DNA from: Gammaproteobacteria bacterium
GTDB taxonomy: Bacteria; Pseudomonadota; Gammaproteobacteria; Eutrophobiales; Eutrophobiaceae
Direction of reading: 5' to 3'
NCBI GenBank assembly: GCA_030829985.1
Contig: JAURNW010000035.1
Coordinates: forward strand, 4,091-68,090
Length of the DNA stretch: 64,000 bases
The stretch's first letter is position 1. Each line of letters starts with the position of its first letter. Of this stretch, positions 31,481 to 42,169 are shown in pieces. The position numbers and the translations under genes are program-made. The notes under the pieces are model-generated. The model saw nothing but the letters and a program-made list of their open reading frames with translations. It was not told where the DNA came from and did no database searches.

Positions 31481-32167
31481 ATGGATCCGGATACACAAGC
31501 CAATTCATTAACACTAAATGCGCAAGCTGCTGAGTGCCGTGTTAATGAAATTTTTTTCTCGCTGCAGGGTGAATCGATTAAGGTCGGCTTGCCGACAATA
31601 TTTATTCGTCTAACCGGCTGTCCACTACGTTGCACTTATTGTGATACCGCTTATGCCTTTCATGAAGGCCAAAAGATGACGATTGACGCCATCATTCAAG
31701 ATATCAGCCAATATCGCACAAAACATGTCACTGTCACCGGCGGCGAACCGTTAGCGCAAAGAACTTGTCATGAATTATTGGCAAGGCTGTGTGATGAAGG
31801 CTATCAGGTTTCATTAGAAACGAGTGGCGCTATAGATATCGCCAATGTTGATGAACGCGTCATGAAGATAATGGATATAAAAACACCTGGCTCCTCTGAG
31901 GCAGAGAAAAACTATTTTAATAATCTTGCTTACCTGACAATTAAAGATCAAATCAAGTTTGTTATTTCTGACCGAACAGACTATGACTGGTCAAAACAAA
32001 AAATGAATGAATTCAAATTAACCGATATCTGTGAAGTGCTTTTATCACCCGAACATGAGGCACTAAGCCCAACGGATATAGCTGAGTGGATATTGGAAGA
32101 CAAATTACATGTCCGCTTACAGGTTCAACTACATAAATATTTATGGGGTAATGTTCCGGGGAAATAA
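31481..32167 (+). CDS. queE: 7-carboxy-7-deazaguanine synthase (radical SAM)
   Basis: NEIFFSLQGES...CPLRCTYCDT radical-SAM cluster motif. Confidence 0.88.
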   Translation: MDPDTQANSLTLNAQAAECRVNEIFFSLQGESIKVGLPTIFIRLTGCPLRCTYCDTAYAFHEGQKMTIDAIIQDISQYRTKHVTVTGGEPLAQRTCHELLARLCDEGYQVSLETSGAIDIANVDERVMKIMDIKTPGSSEAEKNYFNNLAYLTIKDQIKFVISDRTDYDWSKQKMNEFKLTDICEVLLSPEHEALSPTDIAEWILEDKLHVRLQVQLHKYLWGNVPGK

Positions 32168-32215
32168 ATTTAAAATCAATGATTTTAAATTTATCGCCGC
32201 AAACAGTATTAAGCT

Positions 32216-32896
32216 ATGACTGATTTTAACAAGGCAATTGTACTCGTATCAGGCGGACTCGATTCAACGACCACGCTAGCTATCGCAAAAGCCCTTGGCT
32301 TTAAATGTTACGCTTTAAGCTTCGATTATGGTCAGCGCCACATAGCAGAGCTATTCGCTGCGAGCCGTATTGCACAAGCTTTCGATGCAAAAGATCACAA
32401 AACTATAAAAATTGATCTGGGTCAGATCGGTGGTTCAGCATTAACTGACAATGCTATTGATGTGCCCGAAGTTCATTCTGAAGGCATACCCGTAACTTAC
32501 GTTCCCGCACGTAACACGATCTTTCTCTCATATGCACTTGCCTGGGCAGAAGTACTGGAGGCTAATGATATCTTTATCGGTGTTAATGCCGTTGACTATT
32601 CAGGTTATCCTGACTGCAGACCAGAATATATTAAAGCCTATGAAAAACTCGCCACACTGGCAACCAAAGCTGGCGTTGAAGGAACAGCATTTAAAATTCA
32701 TACCCCGTTAATCGATTTAAGCAAATCAGACATTATTAGACAGGGGGTTGAGCTCGGTGTTGATTACTCAATTACCGTATCTTGCTATCAAGCGGATGAG
32801 AAAGGTCGTGCCTGTGGCGTGTGTGATTCCTGCCGTTTTAGGAAAGATGGATTTAAATCGGCAAAAATTACTGATCCAACTCGTTATCAACGCTGA
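32216..32896 (+). CDS. queC: 7-cyano-7-deazaguanine synthase
   Basis: [15 protein letters not shown]-loop and a C-terminal CxxC zinc site. Confidence 0.9.
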   Translation: MTDFNKAIVLVSGGLDSTTTLAIAKALGFKCYALSFDYGQRHIAELFAASRIAQAFDAKDHKTIKIDLGQIGGSALTDNAIDVPEVHSEGIPVTYVPARNTIFLSYALAWAEVLEANDIFIGVNAVDYSGYPDCRPEYIKAYEKLATLATKAGVEGTAFKIHTPLIDLSKSDIIRQGVELGVDYSITVSCYQADEKGRACGVCDSCRFRKDGFKSAKITDPTRYQR

Positions 32897-32985
32897 TTTT
32901 TCTTTAAATTACGACGAGTGCAACTGAGCCGTTATTTATACTAGAATGAGCGTTCACTTATAAATCAAATGATGGGAGCTCGTTT

Positions 32986-33399
32986 ATGAATACAAACCAT
33001 GGCCGCTGTGATTGCGGAGAATTAGAGTATGAATTTCTAGACGAACCGATGAATACGGTTTTTTGTTATTGCAAAACTTGTCAGTTACACACAAATTCTG
33101 ACAAATGGTTTGGCGTTTGGGTCGCTGAGGACAAATTTAAATTTGTTAAAGGTTCGCCATCCAGCTTTACAGCACTAGGTGACTCTGGCAAGGAAACACA
33201 TCGACTATTTTGTGGAAATTGTGCGACACCGATAGGTCTCAAATGTGATGGTTTTGATATGTATTCATTATCGTCTAGCACCATCGACGGTGGCGATAAG
33301 CTATTACCCAAGATGCTTATCTATACCTCTGTAGCACCTGACTGGGCTACTTTTCCTGAAGGAATCCCAAAGTATGATATTCTCCCGCCAAGCGATTAA
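32986..33399 (+). CDS. GFA-family (glutathione-dependent formaldehyde-activating / CENP-V-like) zinc protein
   Basis: Cys clusters CDCG, CYCKTC and CGNC characteristic of the GFA domain. Confidence 0.7.
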   Translation: MNTNHGRCDCGELEYEFLDEPMNTVFCYCKTCQLHTNSDKWFGVWVAEDKFKFVKGSPSSFTALGDSGKETHRLFCGNCATPIGLKCDGFDMYSLSSSTIDGGDKLLPKMLIYTSVAPDWATFPEGIPKYDILPPSD

Positions 33400-33496
33400 G
33401 TCATGCATAGTAGTAATTAAATATTCTATCTAATTTAACACCGTAACCAATTATTCAAACCACCCCATTTATTGGGGTGGCTCATATGGAATTTAC

Positions 33497-34324
33497 ATGA
33501 TAAAAAAATCAATAACGTATACGGACCTGGTAGAAGATTTCGCTAATAGGAATATACCTATCGACACTCCTGGGTTTTACGATCATCCCAATTTCATGAA
33601 GATCGAGGAAAAGAATGCCAGTTACCTGAGTAACTATGCGAAGTTTGTACATGAACGACCTCGCGATGAAACTTATGATGGTTTCGTTAAAAAAACAGCA
33701 CCACTAATCATAAACTTTTATCATGACAAATATATTGGAAAAGACAGCAGCAACTCGAGAACAGAGTTTACGAATGTAATTTCTAAAGCTTTGGAAAAAG
33801 CTGGTGTGTGGAATTATGTTGTTAAAGGCTCGGTAACTATCGACTTTCCTGACGCATCGGACATTCCTAAACATAACTTTTGGTCTATCGATTATGATGG
33901 ATATAGCGCTGCACATACATGGATTGTGGCCCCGCCATTTTATGTGGTTGATGTATCACTAAAAACCCACGCTTTTTCTGCTAAAGAAGCCGAACATTTA
34001 ATGCCGATAAACTGTAATGAAGCTAATAACATTATCGAGGCTGAGCTAGAAGATATTCTTACGCCAGATGCCTGTACGTTGCTTGCCAGTCATAAATTAA
34101 AACGTTCTGAATATTTCGGGGTCATTAGCCCACAAACAGAAAAGTTTTTAGCTGTTTTCCCTTCTCGCGAAGTTTCATTTAATGATACTAAAATAAAATA
34201 TTTTCCTTTATCTGTATCAGCGGCCGATCTGCCATTCGAACAAATGTCCACCATTCAGTTTGATGGGCAAACTGCTTTTGACCTCTATGAAAACAAGATT
34301 AAGAAACTAATTGAACATGCTTAA
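33497..34324 (+). CDS. Hypothetical protein (275 aa), no recognisable domain
   Basis: Long ORF with codon usage typical of the window. No signal peptide, transmembrane segments or motif that I can assign. Confidence 0.55.
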   Translation: MIKKSITYTDLVEDFANRNIPIDTPGFYDHPNFMKIEEKNASYLSNYAKFVHERPRDETYDGFVKKTAPLIINFYHDKYIGKDSSNSRTEFTNVISKALEKAGVWNYVVKGSVTIDFPDASDIPKHNFWSIDYDGYSAAHTWIVAPPFYVVDVSLKTHAFSAKEAEHLMPINCNEANNIIEAELEDILTPDACTLLASHKLKRSEYFGVISPQTEKFLAVFPSREVSFNDTKIKYFPLSVSAADLPFEQMSTIQFDGQTAFDLYENKIKKLIEHA

Positions 34325-34345
34325 TACAAATCGGTATCAATTTGC

Positions 34346-34759
34346 ATGATTACAAAAGAACAAATGATCGCGTTTCTTGCTAAAGAGTTTCCACAAAGCA
34401 AATGCATTGTTGAGGAAGTTGGCAATCAATCCGCAACTATCCGACACAAGATTGGGTTTGAAGAACTCCGCCCCGGCAATACGGTATCCGGGCCAGTGTT
34501 GATGACGGTTGCTGACGTAGCGCTTTATGTGGCTATTCTTGGTGAGATTGGGCTCATACCGCTCACAGTAACAACAAATCTCAGTATTAATTTTCTAAGA
34601 AAACCAGCAGCAGACAAAGATATTGTTGGTATATGTAAGCTTATCAAGGTGGGTCGGACGCTCGCTGTTGGTGAAGTCTCTATTTATTCTGAAGGAGATG
34701 AACATGTCGTTGCTCATGCCGTAGGTACGTATTCTATTCCGCCAATACGGGATCGTTAG
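34346..34759 (+). CDS. PaaI/YbdB-family hotdog thioesterase
   Basis: 137 aa hotdog fold with the conserved GPVLMTVADVA...GRTLAVGE pattern. Confidence 0.75.
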   Translation: MITKEQMIAFLAKEFPQSKCIVEEVGNQSATIRHKIGFEELRPGNTVSGPVLMTVADVALYVAILGEIGLIPLTVTTNLSINFLRKPAADKDIVGICKLIKVGRTLAVGEVSIYSEGDEHVVAHAVGTYSIPPIRDR

Positions 34760-34821
34760 AAAACTACACGAATAACATGCCCCGGAACTGCTTTAGAGAT
34801 TATAACGGGAAATAATACGGA

Positions 34822-37017
34822 TTAATTTAATCTTGCGATTCTGTTTACATTGTAGATCGGCGAAGACAGCGCAACCTTTTGTGTTTCCAGCAAACGAATG
34901 TAATTGAAATAACGAGTGCGTATTTCCCTTACATATACAACAGCCTGTCCACATCGACAATGGCGCACTTGTTCACCGTCTTTGTTATAGGGTTTTGATA
35001 AAGCCAACATGGCAATCTCAACATTATCAAACCACTTCTCTTTGTCGAGCCCCATTTTTTCTGCCAGTTCTCGGGCATGTTTAACTCGGCCATAACCGGC
35101 GTTGTAAGAAGCGATAGTAAACCACACGCGATCTTCTAATGGGACTGATTCTTCAAATTTAGTTCTCAGGTAATTTAAATAACGTATGCCACCATCAATA
35201 CTGGATTCGGGGTTATGCGCGTCACTTACACCCAGAAATTCAGCCGTCGCCGGGATCAACTGCATCAATCCTTCTGCGCCAGCTGATGAATTAGCATATG
35301 GGTTAAACTGACTTTCCTGAAACATAAGTGCTGTAATCAAACGCCAATCAAAACCATACTCTTCAGAGTATCGCTGCGTCATATCATCATAAGGCGACAA
35401 CGATGTATATTGCGTACTATTACTCTTTTCTTTGCTTTCTATTTTCTGTTGCTCAAAATATTTTGCATGCAGCACATTATATTTTTCACTTCTAAAAATA
35501 TTAGCTATAAAACTATTTAAGGAATCTAGCAGTTGTTGGTCTTCTTTTCTTACTGCCCAACGGTGAGCTAAGGGTTCAGACAAGACAAACTGCGCTTTTA
35601 AACCTGTCTTTACAGTTTTTCCGACACTTAATTGATGATTGCCGATTACGGTTAAATCGTACATGCCTAAAGACACCATTAACATGGCGCTTTCTGTATT
35701 AATACCTACGTCAGCTTTAACCAAATCAAAAATTAGACCTTGATCTTTTAACTGAGACAAATAATTCCAATAAGGACTGTCATCGGCCAAAACAATTCTT
35801 CTACCTTCAAGGTCGCGGAAATCAATAATCTGCCGCTTTGAATTGCGTCCTACAATTACCGGACTGGCATAATTGTAAGGCGCTGTGTATTTAAATAAAT
35901 TATTTTTCTGCAGCAAACTACTTGGCAAAGAAGCTGCAATTACGTCGCCCTTTCCTTCTTTAAGCAAATTAAACATCGCTTCTTTTGAATTTGCTAAAAC
36001 CACATCCACTCGCAAGCGATTTTGTTTTGCATATTGTTTCAATAACTCATACTCAAAACCTAATAACTTTCCATCTTGCAAATAATAATGAGATGGACTT
36101 GTATTTGTGATAACACGCAACACACCTTTGCTTTTAATGGATGACAGATCATCAAAATAGGTTGATACGAGGTTATGAGTTACATGTTGCTGGTTCAGAT
36201 ACTGGTTTAGTTTTTCAAATAATAACTGATCATTACTTCTGACAGCCCAAGCCATGCTCCTTTGCTCTGACAGGTCGTAACTTGCGTGAAGCTCTGTATT
36301 TGCCGGTAAATACTTGTCTAGAAAAAGACTATCGGCAACAGCCAGATCGTATTGGGCTGTTTTCACACGCTGCATTACTTCAGCATATGTAACTGTTGCC
36401 GGTATTTCTTCTAACAACATTCCCACCTGAGATTCTGCCAAATCATGCAACTTGTTCCAGACAGGTGATGATTTATAAGCCGCAATTTGACGGCCGGCAA
36501 GATCCTCAATACGGGTTATACGACTGTTATCAACACGTTCTACTATCTTAAATGTTGCATTAGACCAGGTATGTGTGAAATTCACCTGATCCTGAATACT
36601 ACCTGCTAAACCTTGATCCTGGGCAACAATAATATCGCCATGGCCATTAACTAACTCTGGCAATAATCGCCAATCGTTATCGACATAAATCCAGTTCAAA
36701 TCCAGTTGATTTAAATCTGCAAACTCTTCAACTAATTCTCGTTCTGTTGCACTAATAGCACATTCATTATTTTTTCTTAACAAAAGAACACGCAATATGC
36801 CGCGCTGCTGTATATCGCCCAAATCAGAAACCTGTTCTGATAATTGTGATTTTTCGTGATTTTCAAATAATGGAATGGTTGCAACCGGAGCGTCGCAAAA
36901 ATTTATGTATGAATTATTTTTATCAAGCTCACTAGCAATAGGTGAGGTGGGGAATACAAACAAGCAGAGCAACACGCTCAAACAAGATTTTGCATTAAAC
37001 GAGAGATTAATTTTCAT
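34822..37017 (-). CDS. mltF: Membrane-bound lytic murein transglycosylase F-like protein with two tandem binding-protein domains plus an SLT domain
   Basis: Signal peptide MKINLSF...PIASE after a GAGGA ribosome-binding site. Two SBP_bac_3-like domains, then an SLT catalytic domain (MFQESQFNP). Confidence 0.8.
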   Translation of the reverse strand: MKINLSFNAKSCLSVLLCLFVFPTSPIASELDKNNSYINFCDAPVATIPLFENHEKSQLSEQVSDLGDIQQRGILRVLLLRKNNECAISATERELVEEFADLNQLDLNWIYVDNDWRLLPELVNGHGDIIVAQDQGLAGSIQDQVNFTHTWSNATFKIVERVDNSRITRIEDLAGRQIAAYKSSPVWNKLHDLAESQVGMLLEEIPATVTYAEVMQRVKTAQYDLAVADSLFLDKYLPANTELHASYDLSEQRSMAWAVRSNDQLLFEKLNQYLNQQHVTHNLVSTYFDDLSSIKSKGVLRVITNTSPSHYYLQDGKLLGFEYELLKQYAKQNRLRVDVVLANSKEAMFNLLKEGKGDVIAASLPSSLLQKNNLFKYTAPYNYASPVIVGRNSKRQIIDFRDLEGRRIVLADDSPYWNYLSQLKDQGLIFDLVKADVGINTESAMLMVSLGMYDLTVIGNHQLSVGKTVKTGLKAQFVLSEPLAHRWAVRKEDQQLLDSLNSFIANIFRSEKYNVLHAKYFEQQKIESKEKSNSTQYTSLSPYDDMTQRYSEEYGFDWRLITALMFQESQFNPYANSSAGAEGLMQLIPATAEFLGVSDAHNPESSIDGGIRYLNYLRTKFEESVPLEDRVWFTIASYNAGYGRVKHARELAEKMGLDKEKWFDNVEIAMLALSKPYNKDGEQVRHCRCGQAVVYVREIRTRYFNYIRLLETQKVALSSPIYNVNRIARLN

Positions 37018-37278
37018 AAAAACCATCCTCAACCTCATCAATCTGCGTTAAACAGTTGAAATTTCGCGCGAATCATACCCTGTTCAGCGCAACTATTCTA
37101 TATAGTGTGGTTAAATAATTAAGAACTACAAGATGTAGGAATCAAGCAGAAACGGGTTAGAAATCTACCATAGCTTATGCTGCGACGCAACAAACTGCAT
37201 CGGGTTAGCTATAATTTGTTGAGTTTATATATTTACAGAAAAGAATAGGCTGAAAGTATGTTGGTGTTCACTCTCGAT

Positions 37279-37938
37279 TTAAGCATTGTTTTTATTTGCT
37301 TCTTTTAAACGCTCGGGCGTACCTATATCGCGCCATTTTCCTTTAAAGTGCTGACCAGTCAGTTTCCCTCCCTGCGCTGATTGACGCAACAATGGCGCTA
37401 AAGGAAGGCGGCCAGGGACACAGCCCTTGAAAAAAAGCGGTGAAAAAAACCCTATGCCACTGTATGTGAGTCTATGCTGTCCTTCATTGCGTAACTGATT
37501 TTGCTGCAGGGCAAAGTCACCATTCGTATTGTGCTTTGGATTATCAACCATCACTAGATGAGCATCCGAAACTAATTGATCGGGTAATAGTGAATAATCA
37601 AAATCAGTTACGATGTCAGCATTGGTCACAATGAACGGTGCATTCCCCAGCAAAGGCAGGGCCTTTACGATGCCTCCGGCAGTCTCCAATAACGCCTCAC
37701 CCTCATCAGAATAATTTATTGAAACGCCAAAACTTTCGCCTGTCCCTAGGCGCTGATGAATCTGGCTGCCTAAATGACCGGTGTTGATAACGATTGTTTT
37801 AATACCCGCAGAAACCAGTCTCTCTACATGATGAACAATGAGTGGCTTACCCTTGACCTCAAGTAGTGGTTTCGGTATCGAATCGGTTAATGGCCGCATA
37901 CGTTCTCCGCGTCCAGCAGCCAGGATCATCGCAATCAT
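37279..37938 (-). CDS. murU: N-acetylmuramate alpha-1-phosphate uridylyltransferase
   Basis: MIAMILAAGRGERMRPLTD nucleotidyltransferase N-terminus. Lies 4 nt downstream of amgK. Confidence 0.85.
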   Translation of the reverse strand: MIAMILAAGRGERMRPLTDSIPKPLLEVKGKPLIVHHVERLVSAGIKTIVINTGHLGSQIHQRLGTGESFGVSINYSDEGEALLETAGGIVKALPLLGNAPFIVTNADIVTDFDYSLLPDQLVSDAHLVMVDNPKHNTNGDFALQQNQLRNEGQHRLTYSGIGFFSPLFFKGCVPGRLPLAPLLRQSAQGGKLTGQHFKGKWRDIGTPERLKEANKNNA

Positions 37939-37942
37939 GACA

Positions 37943-38932
37943 TCAAGCTCCTTCCAGCTTTGGCAGAACCTGGTTCTCAATAAGCTGGCATAGTGGAGCC
38001 AATTCCTGATAGGTTTGCTTGAGGTCTAGAATATATGACAATGTTCTTGGAACATCTTTAAGAAAGCCATGTTTACCATCGCGGTGTGACAGGCGCGCAA
38101 AAATACCACTGGCCTTAAGATGACGCTGCACCCCCATTAAGTCAAACCAGCGCTGAAACTGGTCTCTACCAATATTCAAACCCGCATCCCGCACAAGTCG
38201 TTCGTTTAGATAGAAATCCACCCAATGATTAATCTCATCTTGAGACCATTTAATGTAACAGTCTTTCAATAATGACATCAGATCGTAACTAACCGGTCCA
38301 AGAACGGCATCCTGAAAATCAATCACGCCAGGATTATTTGCTTTGGTCAACATCAAGTTCCTTGAATGAAAATCCCTGTGCACAAATGCCTGCGGTTGTT
38401 CCAGGGCATTTTGCTCCAAGAGATTAAATAACGTTTCAATTGCTTTTGTCTGCCCATCATTTAACTCAATTTTCAGGTGTTTAGCCAATAACCAGTCTGT
38501 AAAAAGATACATTTCACGCTGTAATAAACTGCTGTCATAAGCATCAAGCTGGTTTGTATCAGCATCAAGCTGCATCGAGACAATCGTTTTTATTGCTTCA
38601 GAATAAAGCTGGTTAGCATTAGTTTGATCAAGCTTGTTTAAATAGTGATCATTGCCAAAATCACTAAGCAATAAAAAACCCTGTGCCAAATCCATATTAT
38701 GTATGATGGGAACATTGACACGACACTCGTTCAAAATACGGTTGACCTTTACAAAGGGTTGGCAATCCTCTTGTTCCGGAGGGGCATCCATAACAATATA
38801 GCTTTTGTGGTCGAGGGACAGGCGATAATAATAACGAAAACTGGCATCTTCAGAGGCTGGCTTTAAATTAAAATCACTGGTTTTAAGCGTCTTTATTAAC
38901 CAGTTTTGCAAAGATTCGAAACGTTCAGACAT
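37943..38932 (-). CDS. amgK: Anomeric MurNAc/GlcNAc kinase (aminoglycoside phosphotransferase fold)
   Basis: 329 aa APH-like kinase, genetically coupled to murU. Confidence 0.85.
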   Translation of the reverse strand: MSERFESLQNWLIKTLKTSDFNLKPASEDASFRYYYRLSLDHKSYIVMDAPPEQEDCQPFVKVNRILNECRVNVPIIHNMDLAQGFLLLSDFGNDHYLNKLDQTNANQLYSEAIKTIVSMQLDADTNQLDAYDSSLLQREMYLFTDWLLAKHLKIELNDGQTKAIETLFNLLEQNALEQPQAFVHRDFHSRNLMLTKANNPGVIDFQDAVLGPVSYDLMSLLKDCYIKWSQDEINHWVDFYLNERLVRDAGLNIGRDQFQRWFDLMGVQRHLKASGIFARLSHRDGKHGFLKDVPRTLSYILDLKQTYQELAPLCQLIENQVLPKLEGA

Positions 38933-39071
38933 TTAAGGTAATTTATTCAGGGTGTTCGTTGACAGTCTATGTTTTTTTATAGTTAAGGTAAAAACATACT
39001 AGCGATATTTTTCAGCGTCGATTTATTCTGGCATCATCTCGTAAATTTAGAGGAAGGAGAAACACTAGCAC

Positions 39072-40046
39072 ATGCTGGCTTCATGTATATTTGTCCTGAT
39101 AGGGCTTGCTTTACTTGTTTATGGTGCCGACATGTTTGTCAATGGCGCTTCAAGCATTGCTCGACAACTGGGCATACCGCCATTAATTATTGGTTTAACG
39201 ATTGTCGGCTTCGCTACTTCCGCCCCGGAAATAATTGTGGGTTCTGTCTCTGCTTTTCAAGGTAAGACCGCTATAGCGATTGGTAATGCGCTTGGCTCCA
39301 ACATCACCAATATAGGCCTGGTATTAGGCATTAGCATATTATTACTACCTATTACTGTCGGATCGGGCACGATTAAAAGAGAATACGGGCTGATGTTTGT
39401 CTCCCTCTTGCTCGGCTTGGGATTGATGATAGACGGTAAACTGAGTCGGATTGATGCCACGATATTGCTGATCGCATTAATTGGATCGATTGCCTGGATT
39501 GTATGGATAGCAAAGAAAACGGCTTTGACGGATCCACTAATTGATGAATTTGCACAAGAATTAAACGCGCCGCCTGACCCAACCAGAATAGCTGTCATAA
39601 AACTTATTATAGGCCTCGTACTACTATTGGCAGGCGCAGACTTGCTGGTTCGCGGAGCAGTATTTATCGCCGAATATTATGGCATGTCTGATCTGATTAT
39701 TGGATTGACTATTGTTGCTATTGGTACCAGCTTGCCTGAACTCGCCACATCAATCGCCAGTATTATCAAAAAAGAAGCTGATATAGCGATTGGAAATATT
39801 ATTGGATCAAACATGTTTAACATACTTGCCGTACTCGGCATTCCGGCATTGATTAATCCGGATTCTTTTGCCCCGGAAGTATTAACCCGGGATTATCCTG
39901 TGATGCTAGGCTTGTCTATATTGCTGGGCTTTATGATATTTATTTCACGCAAGGGTAAACTAGTCAGGACTGAAGGTGCCATACTATTGTTCTGCTTTAT
40001 TGGGTATCAGTATGTATTGTTTTCAAACAGTATTTTAACAACATAG
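39072..40046 (+). CDS. yrbG: CaCA-family sodium/calcium antiporter
   Basis: Two alpha-repeats (GNALGSNITNIGLVLG, GNIIGSNMFNILAVLG). Canonical position upstream of kdsD. Confidence 0.88.
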   Translation: MLASCIFVLIGLALLVYGADMFVNGASSIARQLGIPPLIIGLTIVGFATSAPEIIVGSVSAFQGKTAIAIGNALGSNITNIGLVLGISILLLPITVGSGTIKREYGLMFVSLLLGLGLMIDGKLSRIDATILLIALIGSIAWIVWIAKKTALTDPLIDEFAQELNAPPDPTRIAVIKLIIGLVLLLAGADLLVRGAVFIAEYYGMSDLIIGLTIVAIGTSLPELATSIASIIKKEADIAIGNIIGSNMFNILAVLGIPALINPDSFAPEVLTRDYPVMLGLSILLGFMIFISRKGKLVRTEGAILLFCFIGYQYVLFSNSILTT

Positions 40047-40049
40047 ATC

Positions 40050-41030
40050 ATGAACGAAATAAGCCCGGATAAATTAAAAGCACTTGGAAAAGCGGTTATA
40101 GAAACCGAGCAGGCGGCGCTATCTAGCCTGATTGATCGCATTGATGATAAGTTTGTGATGGCTTGCCAAATTCTCCTGCGATGTGAAGGTCGTGTGGTCG
40201 TCATAGGAATGGGGAAGTCCGGTCATATCGGCAATAAAATTGCGGCAACACTAGCTAGCACGGGTACACCCGCTTTCTTTGTTCATCCCGGCGAAGCCAG
40301 TCATGGTGATCTGGGCATGATAACTAATAAGGATGTTGTAATGGTCTTATCCAACTCGGGGGAGACTGACGAGGTAGTCGCATTATTACCGGTAATCAAG
40401 AGACTCAACACGCCATTGATTGCATTAACTGGCAGACCTGATTCAACCTTGGCCAATAGCGCAACGGTAAATATTGATGTGAGTGTCAGTAAAGAAGCCT
40501 GCCCGCTTGGACTAGCTCCTACCGCAAGCACAACCGCGACACTGGCGATGGGGGATGCTATTGCAATCGCTTTATTAGAAGCACGGGGCTTTAGTGAAAA
40601 TGACTTTGCCTTGTCTCACCCCGGAGGCACATTGGGTAGACGCTTATTAATCCATGTCAGCGACATCATGCATACCGAGAATGAAATCCCGAAGGTATCA
40701 GAGAACGCATTATTAAGTGATGCTTTGCTTGAAATGACACATAAAGGCTTGGGTGTAACAACGATTGTTGATGATGAAGGCAGGGTTTTAGGCATTTTCA
40801 CTGATGGTGATTTACGTAGAACCCTGGATTCAAAGATTGATATCAATACCTGCCTCGTAAAAAAGGTTATGACCAAAAATGGCAAACACATACAAGCTAA
40901 TGCGTTAGCCGCCTCGGCACTGGCACTTATGGAAAAACACCGTATCAATGCACTGGTCGTTATTGATGATCAGGGCAAGTTGATTGGTATCCTGAATATG
41001 CATGATCTGTTACGAGCTCGTGTTGTCTAA
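40050..41030 (+). CDS. kdsD: Arabinose-5-phosphate isomerase (SIS plus tandem CBS)
   Basis: 326 aa KpsF/GutQ family. Confidence 0.92.
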   Translation: MNEISPDKLKALGKAVIETEQAALSSLIDRIDDKFVMACQILLRCEGRVVVIGMGKSGHIGNKIAATLASTGTPAFFVHPGEASHGDLGMITNKDVVMVLSNSGETDEVVALLPVIKRLNTPLIALTGRPDSTLANSATVNIDVSVSKEACPLGLAPTASTTATLAMGDAIAIALLEARGFSENDFALSHPGGTLGRRLLIHVSDIMHTENEIPKVSENALLSDALLEMTHKGLGVTTIVDDEGRVLGIFTDGDLRRTLDSKIDINTCLVKKVMTKNGKHIQANALAASALALMEKHRINALVVIDDQGKLIGILNMHDLLRARVV

Positions 41031-41048
41031 AACACATATATAAATTTT

Positions 41049-41582
41049 ATGAATAAGAAATCGATTATGGAAAAAGCCACAAACATCAAACTAGCTGTAT
41101 TTGATGTCGATGGTGTTTTAACTGATGGTAAGTTGATCCTTGGTGAAAGCGGCAACGAGTATAAATCTTTTCATGTGCGAGATGGGCATGGACTGGTCAT
41201 GCTACTGGAGTCTGGTTGCAAGATCGCCGTTATCACAGCACGGTCTTCAAAGATAGTTGCGGAACGAATGGCTGCTCTCGGCATCGAATATGTCTATCAA
41301 GGTGAAAAAGATAAAGGGGCGCGCCTGTTAAAACTGATAGAAGACCTTGGTCTTCAGCGCGATCAAGTCGCTTATACAGGAGATGATGTGATTGATTTGC
41401 CCGCAATGGTTCATGTCGGCCTGCCTATTGCTGTAGCTGATGCCCATGTTGAAGTCAAAAACTATGCATTATGGACTACTGAAAATCTAGGTGGACAGGG
41501 CGCTGTCAGGGAAGTATGCGAATTAATTATGCAAGCACAGGGAAAATATGAAGCACGTATCAAGGCATACCTTTCTCTTTGA
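41049..41582 (+). CDS. kdsC: KDO-8-phosphate phosphatase
   Basis: HAD-family protein with the FDVDGVLTDG motif. Confidence 0.9.
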   Translation: MNKKSIMEKATNIKLAVFDVDGVLTDGKLILGESGNEYKSFHVRDGHGLVMLLESGCKIAVITARSSKIVAERMAALGIEYVYQGEKDKGARLLKLIEDLGLQRDQVAYTGDDVIDLPAMVHVGLPIAVADAHVEVKNYALWTTENLGGQGAVREVCELIMQAQGKYEARIKAYLSL

Positions 41583-41596
41583 GCTATTAAGTTTTA

Positions 41597-42169
41597 ATGT
41601 TTAATGAAAGATGGAAACTGGCGCTAATCCTGATCATAGTAGCAGGCTTCAGTTATTGGGCGCTGGAAAAACTGACTGAGGACAGCGCAACAAAGCTAAG
41701 CAAGCTTGCGCATTATCCGGATTATTACATGGAAAATTTCACAACCCTCACCATGAATCAGGATGGCACACCAAAGAACCGGCTTAATGCGCGATATATG
41801 GCACATTATCCCGATGACAATACGAGCGAGCTGCACAACCCCGAACTGGAAATATTTCGTTTGGATAAACCGCCCATTATGGTTAATGCAGATAGAGGGT
41901 GGGTCACGTCAAATAATGACGTTATTCTGTTAAGCGGCAATGTATATCTACATCAATACGATGAATTCGGTCAGTTAAAAATAGAATTAATAGCGGAAGA
42001 TGCGCGAGTACTGGTTGACCAAAAATATGCAGAAACTGATAAACCTGCTACTTTGATTACAAAACGTTCGGTTACTAATTCAATTGGTATGCGTGCTTAC
42101 TTACAAGAACAGCGAATGGAGTTTCTCAATAATGTACAAACGACAATTGAACCAAGACAAAAGCCCTAG
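41597..42169 (+). CDS. lptC: LPS export protein LptC
   Basis: N-terminal transmembrane anchor and OstA-like fold. Confidence 0.85.
   Translation: MFNERWKLALILIIVAGFSYWALEKLTEDSATKLSKLAHYPDYYMENFTTLTMNQDGTPKNRLNARYMAHYPDDNTSELHNPELEIFRLDKPPIMVNADRGWVTSNNDVILLSGNVYLHQYDEFGQLKIELIAEDARVLVDQKYAETDKPATLITKRSVTNSIGMRAYLQEQRMEFLNNVQTTIEPRQKP

Noticed and set aside
31440-32215. Possible preQ1 riboswitch associated with queE/queC
   Set aside because: queE starts 1 nt after the cpoB stop and the queC leader is 48 nt. There is no room and no recognisable preQ1 aptamer hairpin.
42084-42131. Long N-terminal extension of LptA (ORF starting at 42084)
   Set aside because: It would add 16 residues ahead of a good signal peptide and deepen the overlap with lptC. 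The internal ATG at 42132 gives the canonical LptA N-terminus.
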